From assembly GCA_026025075.1 (NCBI GenBank), contig JAPEUI010000071.1, positions 1-64,000 of the forward strand: a stretch of DNA of 64,000 nucleotides, in the 5' to 3' direction. Source of the DNA: Vezdaea acicularis (Eukaryota). The notes beneath the pieces were generated by a model. That model saw nothing but the letters and a program-made list of their open reading frames with translations, was not told where the DNA came from and ran no database searches. The translations under genes and the position numbers were made by a program. Position 1 is the first letter of the stretch. The number at the start of each line of letters is the position of its first letter. Shown here piece by piece: positions 24,672-35,198 of this stretch.

Positions 24672-26375
24672 ATGACCAGCTACTTTTCCCCTGGAGCTAC
24701 GACACCACTCCTTCCACAGTACACGCCCAACCTTCCCACAGCCAGCAGCATGGCCTCATCCTCCCGCTCCCCCGACCTGACCGCCTCCAGAATCCCACCC
24801 CCTATCTTTGTCTCGCCCTCCCGGTCCCCTCCTGCAGTCTCTCCCGCTCGCTCGTCCGCAACAACCACTACAACCACAACGACCAACCGCTCGACCTACT
24901 CCCCCTCCCGCCGCCCCGCCCCCACAAGCTCGGCCTTAACCTTCCGCCATGTAGCCCCACCAACCCCACTCTCCGCCCTCTCCCGCAAAGCCTCCCACCT
25001 CCAAACAACACTGCAAACCCTCCTCGACGCCCAAAGCGACGGGCTCCTCGCCGGACTCGGCAACGCGCCCCCTTCCTCAAGCGGGAGCCAAACACCAACC
25101 GCATCTACGTCCAGCCCACCCCCCAGCATCACCACCAGTACCGCTGGCAGCGGATCGCGGAAGCTGCGGCAAAGTGCCCTCATTACGCCTGTCCGCCAAC
25201 CCCCCGCCCGTAAGAAGCTTGGGCTGCGCGGCGCACGCCGCGGGATATTGAATACGATGCACGAGCTCGCTGGAGTCAAAGCCACGGAGGGTAAGATCCT
25301 GGAAGACGAGGCCGCAGGGAACAAAGAAGTGCTGGAGCGGCTGGACGGCTGGGCCGCGAAGCAGGAAGGGCTCGAGGCGCAGATCAGTACCGCGGAGGCC
25401 AATATCGCACTGACGCCAGAAGGAGAGGTGCTGGCGCAGTTGAAGAGCGAGGAAGGGGATGTTACGCGGGAGATCGAGGAGCTGGAGGTGCGGTTGCAGG
25501 GACTCAGGAATAAGCAGGGGATGCTACGCCAAAGAGTCCAGGAGGCGGAGAGCGTTATCCAAGCGCGCGTGTCAAGCTATCAGCGTGCCTTGGAGCTTGT
25601 GCAGGGCGAGGTTGCCGCTTTTTTGAGAAGACCGCCCCTAGGCCAGACGCTGGGAAGAGACGGGGGAGAAAGCTTTTTGAGTCTGCCCGTTAAAAGGCGC
25701 ACCCTTGAGATGGCGAGGGAGGAGTGGGGGCGGGATGCGGAGGTACTGGCGGGGCGGAGGGCGGAAGTGAAGCACGAGCTAGAAGCCCTTGAGAGGGGCG
25801 GGGACGTCTGGGAGGAAGTCGTGCGCGACGTGATATACTTCGAGGACCGACTACGGCTGGAAATGCGGCGGCAAGCGCGGGCAGGCCCGGCTACATCACT
25901 GCTCGGGGACGAGCAGGCTGGAAAATTGGGCGATACCGAGGGCGTACCAGAAGCAGAAGAAGAGGGCGAGGGTTTAACGGGTTTACTCCTCGATATGGAC
26001 CGCACCATGGTGAGTCTCGAGAAGCGTCTCCGTCTCGCAAAACAGAATAACTGGAACCTCCTCGTCTGCTGCATCGGTGCCGAGTACGAGGCTTTCAAGC
26101 AGGGGAGGGAGCTGCTGCGGATGACACTTGGGCTGGGTCGCGAAGCACTGGAAGGAGAGGAGGGTGAGGAGGATGTGGTAGGGGGCCAAGAGCGGGAGCT
26201 GGGTGGTGTGGAGACGCAAAGAAGGGATTGGAGGGATCCGCTGGATCCCTTGGGCAGCCAGCGCGGTGATCCGCCGTTGGTGGGTGTGCCGCGGCTGGAG
26301 CGACATTCGACGTCTGAGAGCTCGAATGAGGATCCGGGCCCGGAACTACTGGTGGCGCATCAGGATGAGGAATGA
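24672..26375 (+). CDS. ATG28: Autophagy-related protein 28 (coiled coil)
   Basis: LQTLLDAQSDGL, GLRGARRGI, FLSLPVKRRTLEMA, WNLLVCCIGAEYEAF motifs as recalled for filamentous-fungal Atg28; long coiled coil. Confidence 0.75.
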   Translation: MTSYFSPGATTPLLPQYTPNLPTASSMASSSRSPDLTASRIPPPIFVSPSRSPPAVSPARSSATTTTTTTTNRSTYSPSRRPAPTSSALTFRHVAPPTPLSALSRKASHLQTTLQTLLDAQSDGLLAGLGNAPPSSSGSQTPTASTSSPPPSITTSTAGSGSRKLRQSALITPVRQPPARKKLGLRGARRGILNTMHELAGVKATEGKILEDEAAGNKEVLERLDGWAAKQEGLEAQISTAEANIALTPEGEVLAQLKSEEGDVTREIEELEVRLQGLRNKQGMLRQRVQEAESVIQARVSSYQRALELVQGEVAAFLRRPPLGQTLGRDGGESFLSLPVKRRTLEMAREEWGRDAEVLAGRRAEVKHELEALERGGDVWEEVVRDVIYFEDRLRLEMRRQARAGPATSLLGDEQAGKLGDTEGVPEAEEEGEGLTGLLLDMDRTMVSLEKRLRLAKQNNWNLLVCCIGAEYEAFKQGRELLRMTLGLGREALEGEEGEEDVVGGQERELGGVETQRRDWRDPLDPLGSQRGDPPLVGVPRLERHSTSESSNEDPGPELLVAHQDEE

Positions 26376-26640
26376 GTGGTGGGGCTTGTGTTGTGGGTAG
26401 AGTAGAGAAGGGTTCTTTGGGGGGAAGCTAGAATGTGGGGAGTTTCTTCTTATAACCATTGAAGCTTACACGAAACCCAGCATTGAGTGGGAAGGGCGAT
26501 AGGGGCTGGAGGGATTGTGATGCCGCAGAGGATCACTTCGTTTATAAACTACAGAGAAGCCGCGGTCATGCAATACAAGCGCACCTCCCATCCCGCCTCG
26601 TTCTTCTCTGGGTCCTTCTACTCCCTATCCCTAGATATCC

Positions 26641-28449
26641 CTACAGCTTCATGCCCAACGCCTTGTGCACCCTCAAGCTCTGCCTAATGCTCAAATCGAG
26701 CATAATCTCCTCGCTGCCACCCGGAATAGCATAGGCGCGCACATCCCTATACAGGCGCTCCACCTTCCCTCCCACGCCGCCGCGCGAATAACTGAGCCCA
26801 CCAAAGATCTGACTGGCCTCCCTCGCACAGAACTCAAAAGTGACAGTCGCCTGAGCCTTGAGGCCAGCGATGGCGCCGCCGAGCTTAAGCATGGCCTCGG
26901 TATCACTCATGCGCTGACACTGGAAGACGAGGTTTTCAAGCCAATTGTAGCTAGCTTCGATCTGGCGCGCCATGTGAGCGAGCTTGAGGCGGATGACGGG
27001 GTGATCGATGAGTTTCTTGCCGAAGGTGCGGCGCTTGTGGGCGTATTTGATGGACTCTTCGTAGCAGACGCGGCTGAAGCGCAGGCATTGGATGATGATG
27101 CCGATGCGCTCGTGGTTGAAGTTCGTCATGACGACTTTGAAGCCTTGGTTGGCTTTGCCGAGGAGGTTCTCGACGGGCACTTTTACGTCTTCGAAGGTGA
27201 TGTAGGTGGTTCCGCTGGACCAGACGCCTTGGCAGTCCATTCGCCGGGTGGAGACGCCGCCGGAGGCGCGCTCGATCAGGAGGACGCTGACGCCGTTCAT
27301 GCCGGCGCCGCCGGTGCGGACGGCCGTTGTGAAGTAGTCGCACCAGATCCCGTTCGTGATCCACTTCTTCTCGCCGTTGACGATGTAGTGCGTCCCGTCC
27401 TCGCTGAGCTTGGCTTCGCAGGTGAGATTGGCGACGTCGCTGCCGGCGTCGGGCTCAGTTATGGCAAGGCAGATGCGTTTGTCGCCGTTGACGATGTCGG
27501 GGACGATGCGCTCGACGAGGGCTTTCTTGCCCCACTTGACGAGGGGCGGGCAGCCGATCCCGAAGCCGCCGAGGAGGTTCCATACGAGTCCGCCGGAGCC
27601 GGCGCGGGAGAGCTCGTCCGTCAGCAGCATTTCGTGGAAGAGGTCCCATTGTTCGGGCGCGACGCATTTGGGGAGGTTCTTGGAGAGGTGTTTCGGGTAT
27701 GGGTGGACTCCCATTAGGCCTGCTAGGTAGCCGCGGTTGCCCATCTCTTTGTAGATGCTGTCGGGGACCTTTTTGGCTTCGTCCCATTCCGTCACGTTGG
27801 GTATGATGGCTTCCTCCACCCATTCTCGAATCTCTGCGCGTAGGGCTGCGTGTGTTTCGTTGAAGTAGGGGGAGTGGTACTGCGGTTGTTAGTTACCGGT
27901 AGATTTGGTCAAGGAGCTGAGAGTGCTTACGCTTTGATACCATGAGGGATCGGCATAGGGGACCAGGTCGCCATAGGGGTCGAGGGGCTCTAATTCTTCC
28001 TGAACGCCCGGTCCTGGGGTAGGTGCTGCGGGTCCTGATCTCGACGGCTTGACCGGCTCTTTCGGGGACGGGGGCGGGGTTGGGGGAGCAGTCTCCTTGG
28101 GCTTTGTGTCTAGAGAGCCGATTTGGAGCTGTGATTTGTACTTCTTGAGGATTGCCTCATTGTGATACTTCCAGAACTGCTTCGAGGCGTCCTTGCCACC
28201 AACTCTTTGTAGGACTGGATACGTTAGCTAGGCGTACTTGGGATGCTTCATATCGTAGTCGCCTTACTTTTCTTGCCGCCTATGGAACTATTAGTATATG
28301 CTCCGTTCTTTAGAATGAACATCATTTAGCTTACCGGGATGCTCCTCTTGGAATTTGGTCATGTCGTAAACATCCTGATCCACAATGATCCAAAGGTTGT
28401 CCGGGTTGCTATGCGCCGAGACGTCATTCTGGGAGAAAGATTTCGACAT
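26641..28449 (-). CDS. Acyl-CoA dehydrogenase with N-terminal cytochrome b5-like domain
   Basis: LWIIVDQDVYDMTKFQEEHPGG (b5), CLAITEPDAGSDVA, NGEKKWITNG, QIFGG, IPGGSEEIM. Exons 28449-28335, 28279-28268 (12-nt micro-exon), 28214-27931, 27879-26641. Ends -MKL. Confidence 0.93.
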
Positions 28450-28819
28450 AATCGCAGCAGTAACAGATATCTACGAAGCCAAAAAGAGAAAAAGGTAAAT
28501 GTAAGAGTCTAAGATGGAAGAAAGGGCCGTGAAGAATGCGAATGTTGTACAGTTTGAGGGTACAGTCGGGAATGTAAGAGTCGCATCCGCGGCATTCACA
28601 TTCACATTCACATGCGGGCGAGCCGACCCCACAGCCGCACTCCGCCGCTCTACCCCAGGAACAAGAGCGCAACGTGACCATAGTGCATTTCTCGACTTCC
28701 AAATACAAGTCATGGGATTGGTCTTTCCCACTCGCTTCTTGGTCCGCTAATTGCCAAGGCCGCGAGCGTCTCTGCTTCTTCCGGCGCAGTCGGCCCTGGT
28801 TGTCCGCATAGCAAATGTG

Positions 28820-28825
28820 CCGAGG
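28820..28825. promoter_or_regulatory. Candidate FarA/FarB (fatty-acid response) site CCGAGG
   Basis: Exact hexamer ~370 bp upstream of the acyl-CoA dehydrogenase start; a hexamer can occur by chance. Confidence 0.4.
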
Positions 28826-30061
28826 CTCGTCTTCGATGCGGCGTCATCGTCCACGTGCCCTGTTGAAGCGCGGTCCCCAGAAAGCGTAACCTTGAAATTC
28901 TCGTTTGCGTAGAATTATTCTCGTTTCATATATGTTTATCTGTTTATTTTGTTTCTGGAAGTACTGTAAGCCGTACTGCTTTGGGTGATTTGGAGAATTG
29001 TCGCTGGGGCGCGCTGATTGGACCCCGGAGGAGCACGGATGTGCGTAACACCGTCAAGTATTTTAAGTCGAAGACTGTTATGTATACTACTCCTACATCT
29101 TCCACTTTGCCTAAGCCTTCGTACCTTTTGCTCCACGAGGCAAACTTACGGACTGCTGATTTACTGCTTGAATATGGCTATATGTGGCCATATACTCCTA
29201 CATGGATCGCTCCCATAGGGTGGTGCATATTCCCAGTACGATTCTACGGGCATTTCCCCTAATGCTCAGGCCCAGGTGCTGTTGCCCTTATTCTAGGACA
29301 GTTGAAGAGAAGATACCATGCTTGCACTTCAACGTACTTTACTGTGATTAATCGCTATGCTATTGCCTTCTCTTTCAAAGTTCAGCATTGCTCGAGTGAT
29401 GCCTTTATCCATGCGTCTCTACTTGGAGCATCCCACATTTTTCAAGACTTTTTGCTTTGATGACGAGTTTCAGTTATTAGAGCATGCTCAATTTGTTCAT
29501 GCTTCCCATGAAGAGGGCGGGGTGATACATTACCGAATATGATGTATCTGTTGGGATGGGATTCACGACTTCAATCTGTGCTGGCTTGTGGGATATCACT
29601 ATCTACGACGAGCTAGACTCTCAAGACTGGGATGACTACGTTTCTCTAGCATTGGGAAACCATCTACAGGTAGCGAAGGCATATACGACGTAACACCGAA
29701 TGATAGAAGGGTGGATGGCGAAGGGCAGATGAAATTCACGGATAGCGGGACATGATGGGAATTGCGTTGCCGCCAAAAACAGGATTAATAATTCCTCCCC
29801 ATACCATAAAGATTAATTCATCCAATCCGCTTGATGATAATCCAAGCTAACATTTCATAAAAGCGTAGCACACCTTCTCGAGCAAACCGAAATGAATCTG
29901 CCATAGTATATATACCCCCGCCGAGTTCCAAGCTGCGAGGCGTCGGCACACACACCAGAGTACTGTCTCCCTTCCATCAACATTCAGCTGCCGGGAATGC
30001 TAGTTGCGTCAGGTCCGCCGACAAGGTTGTTGCTGCTTGATGTGGTGTTCGGTGGCGCGCT

Positions 30062-30421
30062 CTAGTGGGTGGTCATAGGAGCCATCTTCGCCTTCTTGGC
30101 CTTCCGCGCGCGGAGGAACAGAAGAACGGCGACGAGAATGATGATGATAACGACGACAATGACGATGGCTGCGATTACGCCTTTGGAGATCTTCTTCTTG
30201 CCCTTGGAGCCCTTGCTGCCACCTTTGCTACCCTTGCGTTTGGTGAGCCTGGTGAGGTCTAGTTGGCCAGCAGTGGCAGCCTCAGTGGAGCGGAGAGTAA
30301 GGCCATTGGAGGCGAATTCTGGGAGGGCGATAGCGTTGGCTTGAGTGGCCGGGCTGACGATGAAGAGGGCGAGGAGGAGGATGAGGAGGGTGGTGAAGAT
30401 GGGGGTCATGGAGGTACGCAT
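30062..30421 (-). CDS. Small secretory-pathway single-pass membrane protein (~119 aa)
   Basis: Signal peptide (TLLILLLALFIVSPATQA), pro-region ending LTKR, K/G/S-rich linker, strongly hydrophobic helix GVIAAIVIVVVIIIILVAVLLFL, basic tail. Start is 30421 or 30409. Confidence 0.8.
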   Translation of the reverse strand: MRTSMTPIFTTLLILLLALFIVSPATQANAIALPEFASNGLTLRSTEAATAGQLDLTRLTKRKGSKGGSKGSKGKKKISKGVIAAIVIVVVIIIILVAVLLFLRARKAKKAKMAPMTTH

Positions 30422-32568
30422 TCTGACGACTTGCGCTTTGGCAGGCGATACCCTAAGGAGGAGGTATTGATCAAAGAGGTCACGATCTTCAAAGAGTGAA
30501 GGTAAAGTGAGTGAATGGTCCTTGGTGAGAAGATGGAAGGCCAAGGGTTGGATGCGACGAGGGAGTTGGTGTCACTTTAAGACGACGAGGCCGGGCTCGT
30601 GTTGGACGAAATTGAGCATCAGCCGCAGTCACTCATGCCATGCCAACTCTGCCCGTCACAGCCCTCCTTCTTGGAAGCTTGACCCAGTCAGCGAACGCCA
30701 TGAAACCGCCGATCGCTTAACAGAGCCAATCGTAGCGCCCCGCGGTCACGGGATTCGCCATTAGCCCTTGTGGCGGCAATTGCCGGGCGTAAAGGCTGGC
30801 AGCCTTGGCAAAGGCGGAGTCGCAGCTGCAGGGGCCGACTCGCCAACCGAGCGCTGCCCTAAGGAGTTTGGAACCGACAACCAAGAGCCAAGAGCTTTCC
30901 AGCCCCTATCTCGCTTGCGCCATTCAATGAGCGAAGTGCGACATCATAAAGTCTTCTACCAGGAAGGCTTGGCTGTTGAAGCAAGCAAAAGGCACGTCTC
31001 GTCCCGTTGCGCAGTGCGCTGCTGTGGTTTTCCAATTCGCCCTGGGTGCTAGCAGGAGACAAGTCTTGGAAGCGCCCTTTATGACGGGGAGGGCCTGGAT
31101 CCAACGACAAGCATCTCACATGCACGGTCGACTGCCTCGATCAAGCTTAGCACCAAAGCCATCATCTCTCAAGAGCCAATGCTATCGTACCTGATCTGCG
31201 CGGGAACAAACATGCTTTGAGACAAATCTTAAAAATACTCAATCCAGCATGCATCACCATTCGATGCCGGCCTTCCAAGAAACCCAAAACCCCCGGCCTC
31301 CTTGGCAAAAAGGTTCCCGCCATTTCTCCCAAAAGGTTGTTCCTTTGCGATGCTGGAGTGATCCATGTCTAACTTTCCGACCGGAATATGCCATCATCGC
31401 ATCCTGGTCCTAGTTGTCCCAGAGAAAAGCTCTGTTTCACTTGGTCATGGGCCGCGGAGATTGAGCGTGGCCGTGCATTTAAGCTTGAAAGCCTGCCGAA
31501 CCTCGCTAAGTTAATTACGATCAATGCCAAGCCTTTTGATGATCCAAGATCTTGCTTTTTTGTTCGTGAGAGTTGGTTACTGGGTTTGAGCCAGGGGAAC
31601 CGCTGACCAAGGCTGGGAGCGTCGTTGGTGCGTAGGTCTGTAGATGTGATGTAATGCCCGGTCATGGAAGTGGTCGGTGAGGGAGTTGATGGGTGAGCTA
31701 TTGGCGTGTTCTAGGGGCTGATGGGTGGCTGGTCACGTCGTGTGTCCGTCACATGAGGTGTTCGCTGCGCTAGGGTTCGTGTCGTGTTCTCAAGGGGTCA
31801 GGGCTAAAGCAGTTCCGCCAAGAAGTGGCGTCCAATTTTTCGAAACTCTCGATCGTCCGCTATATAGCTGAGACCAGGTATTTTAATTGCAGAAAAATGT
31901 CTGGTACTACACCAAGTTGACTATAAGTCTTAAATATATAATCGCATCTGAAGTCGTGGTGCTGGAAGCGCAGAATAGTTCGGGTTCAAAGTCTTGGCGG
32001 AACGGCATTAGCACTGAGCCTTTGTACGCACGCTTTTCACGGTGTGCTTTTCACCCTGTAGGGTGAATCATACATTCAAGTCTTTGCTCGTGACCAAATC
32101 TGAGTACGAGGGACGATCTAGTTCATGCGTGACGATCGGATCGAGACGCCTTCTAGCCTAGCCCTTGGATATAGGTTAGAGAGAGGCGCGGGTCAACTAC
32201 GTCCTTCTACTTCACCAGCTATGCTAACAGAAAGATCATGTTTTGTCAAGATATCCGTCAGAGGATAATTTGGCTATGGTTGCTCCTACTTGTTCAAAAT
32301 ATAGAGGATGTATTAACTCTCATACCTACGCCTATATGGAGGGCGTTCGCGTAGGCATGCGGGGCACACTGCTGATTGGAGATCTGCCCTGCGAATGGCC
32401 TTTCAGCCTTGTCCCGCAAGGCTATGGATTGCTACGATAGCATCTATCGTGGCTCTTCGATTTCCCCTCAAAGGATTCTGGGACTCGATAGAAACAACTC
32501 ATCTTGCCAAGGGATGTCCCTTGGGTCTTTCCTTCCTATCGAACGATTCACGAGCTGGGAGACTATGA

Positions 32569-32725
32569 GGTAATCGCCGTTTCTTAGAGGAGACTCAGGC
32601 TATTACATCGATGGTACTGCAGTATTCAGTATAAGCTGTGAGAACGTAAGGTAATCGTCATTTCTTATTGGAGATCCTGAAGTTAACAAGCAACTGTATA
32701 GCAGCATCTAGTAGAAGCTGTGAGA
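32569..32725. repeat. Degenerate ~81-bp tandem duplication
   Basis: GGTAATCGyCrTTTCTTA..GGAGA at 32569 and 32650; AGTA.AAGCTGTGAGA at 32628 and 32710. Confidence 0.7.
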
Positions 32726-32759
32726 TAGCAGCAGACTTGCAATCACAGTGACCGGAGAG

Positions 32760-35198
32760 ATGTCTGGCCCTCTCGTACCAATTGGGACTGGGCAGTCCCC
32801 AGCATTCGCTCAACAGGGTCAAGTCGACTGGGTCTCGCTCAGCAAATCAACTTTCTCCGTCTCCTTTGATGTCCTCAATCGGCTTTCTCGTGCCGGCGTG
32901 GAACCCCTGACATTTATGTCCGGCTCAACAGTCTGCTCGAGCTTTGTATTGAAGCCAGAGGCTCAAAAGAAAGTATATGATGCCGTTCAGAAACTTAAGG
33001 GCTTCCCTTCTTATGGAGAAGTGCTATGGTTCGGCTTTGGTATCAAGCCGATACTGAAGGATCTGGCAAATACCGAGTCTGGTCTGACCTGTACTGCTTT
33101 GTGTGCTGCACTTACGCACACTTATGGTTCGTTTATGGCTGGCCAGGTCTTGCGCGAGCTCTGTCAGTTGAACGGGGCAGATCGGTCATATATGCCGTCT
33201 GTTCCACAGTTTATGAGACTAGCTGACGCATGCGCGGGAGCCCTCACATCGACGAAATTTCCCGAACTTGTCAACGGCTTCGCACGACTAATTGTTCCTC
33301 CATCGCTGAGAAGTGGATACGTCAATCCTGTGCCTACCACTCCAGAAGCGCTCGCTACCGCATTAGTAGCCCTTGCAAGGCTTTCAAGACAAGACAGCCT
33401 TAGCTTGACCTTCACTGGTGGTTTGGATTGCGCCTGGATTCTTGCTATAGCGGAATGGCTGCTACTTTTAACAGTTGAGCTAAGAGACGAATCTGAACTT
33501 GTCCTCTATCGAACCCGGTCTCTTTCTCAAGGCATGTCTGTACAAGTTATTGTGGTCTGCGGTACCAGCCAAATACAAAGCCTAGATTCAGTGATGGTCT
33601 CCAGCAGGTTTATTTGCTTGCCCCCTGGCAGCCCACTTATCACGCTAGATTCCGTTAGGGGTCCAAATACGCCAAAGACTCCTGGTTTCGCTACATCCTC
33701 TTCGTGGGAAACGATCTTTCAAGATACATTCGGGAAGTCTGTCGATAAACTTTTTAGAGGGAAACATCAGAAGACGTTTGGCATGCTTCTCCACGGTGTT
33801 GCTTATGATCCTACTTCTATGTGTCATGGTGCGAGAACTTCGCTTTTAGGAAGGATGGGATTGAATTGGATTCTGTGTCTCTACTCGGGATGTGGAGATG
33901 GCAAGGGGTCCAATTTTCTTCACTTCATAGTTCGAAAGTTCCCAGAACTACGACCATGCCTGGAACATATCGAGCTAGACGAGCCGCCTGGCTTCACGCA
34001 CATGGGCTTTGAGAGTTGTGAAAAACTCCTAAGTCAGCCATGTGGGATGTATCCGATTCATGGGTTTTGCAACATTGTTATGGTCACGACGATTCTAGCC
34101 TTCCTTATACTGATGGTGTCCATCAGAACACGCGCAGACCAGGATATCCTACCAACTAGTAGGGGTCTTAGACTATTCTACTATTCATTGAAAGCTATTC
34201 ATGCAGCAGACCGCCAAGAAGGTAGTAACCTGGGCCCTGAGGATGACCCCCATATGCTTCTTGAATTAAATTCAAAGAGGTTTGGATCGTTCGAGGACCA
34301 TGGACCGATCGAGAGCCTTTTGGTCATCTTCACTGGGCGGGAGAGCACCAATCAGTTGGAACCTAGCGGCAGCGCTGCGCGCTCAAGTAATGGAGTCTGC
34401 GTGTACTCGCCCCTGTTGGAGGACCTTAACATCAACCCTGAGCAAGCTCATTATTTGTTCGTCGTCCCTGGGCGCATTCAGCTTGAGGGCGAAGAGTACG
34501 AAGTAGTGAAAGATGTTGAACGAGGCTCCGCATCTTTTTCTGACGCTACGAATGCTTTCAGCCAACCTCTACTTAGCTATTCCCTGGTGGCTCAAGTTAC
34601 GCAAACAAGAGGTGTCCTCAAAGCTGAATATCGAGCAAACGCTGGCCTCGCAACCGATTTGTCTTGCGGTGTCAATCATTTAAGAAATAATCTCGCCAGA
34701 GCAGTGTATTCAAGTTGTATGGCTAATTCCGAGCATGCCAACGTGGCAAGCCAAATGGTCAGCTTACGGTCGCTGAATCAGAGCGAGCTGGAGGATTCTT
34801 GCGTAGGAAAGCTAAAGATTCCACATTTAGACCACAGTGAACCCCAGTACCAGTTCCTATCGCCGAAGAAATACACTCTTCTCCATCGACATGATCGTTA
34901 CGAAAGATTCGAGCGATGCGAACTTCTTCAAATTGATCATTGGCGAACGTACCTTGGATGCGGCGCTCGGGGATCTTGCGGTCACCCCTTTACTCTCATG
35001 CGAGCAAATGACTCGCCAGAGAGTATTGTTCATATCCTAGGTCAGAACCTTAACCATAAACCTGGCTATTACGTTAAGGAGGATAATTTACTGCGTATCT
35101 CAATTACCTCACCCTATGCAAAACGCTCGCCCATCCTCCTGGTATTCGGCGATTCCACATCGGACGAGGTAAGGCAATCTGATGAGGAAAATGCCTGA
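32760..35198 (+). CDS. Intronless 812-aa hypothetical protein
   Basis: Long uninterrupted ORF; N-terminal QQGQVDWVSLS, LWFGFG and DCAWILAIAEW segments resemble an uncharacterised Pezizomycotina family from memory; no function assignable. Confidence 0.85.
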   Translation: MSGPLVPIGTGQSPAFAQQGQVDWVSLSKSTFSVSFDVLNRLSRAGVEPLTFMSGSTVCSSFVLKPEAQKKVYDAVQKLKGFPSYGEVLWFGFGIKPILKDLANTESGLTCTALCAALTHTYGSFMAGQVLRELCQLNGADRSYMPSVPQFMRLADACAGALTSTKFPELVNGFARLIVPPSLRSGYVNPVPTTPEALATALVALARLSRQDSLSLTFTGGLDCAWILAIAEWLLLLTVELRDESELVLYRTRSLSQGMSVQVIVVCGTSQIQSLDSVMVSSRFICLPPGSPLITLDSVRGPNTPKTPGFATSSSWETIFQDTFGKSVDKLFRGKHQKTFGMLLHGVAYDPTSMCHGARTSLLGRMGLNWILCLYSGCGDGKGSNFLHFIVRKFPELRPCLEHIELDEPPGFTHMGFESCEKLLSQPCGMYPIHGFCNIVMVTTILAFLILMVSIRTRADQDILPTSRGLRLFYYSLKAIHAADRQEGSNLGPEDDPHMLLELNSKRFGSFEDHGPIESLLVIFTGRESTNQLEPSGSAARSSNGVCVYSPLLEDLNINPEQAHYLFVVPGRIQLEGEEYEVVKDVERGSASFSDATNAFSQPLLSYSLVAQVTQTRGVLKAEYRANAGLATDLSCGVNHLRNNLARAVYSSCMANSEHANVASQMVSLRSLNQSELEDSCVGKLKIPHLDHSEPQYQFLSPKKYTLLHRHDRYERFERCELLQIDHWRTYLGCGARGSCGHPFTLMRANDSPESIVHILGQNLNHKPGYYVKEDNLLRISITSPYAKRSPILLVFGDSTSDEVRQSDEENA

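Noticed and set aside
26665..27717. 350-aa plus-strand ORF
   Set aside because: Antisense shadow of the GC3-rich acyl-CoA dehydrogenase exon.
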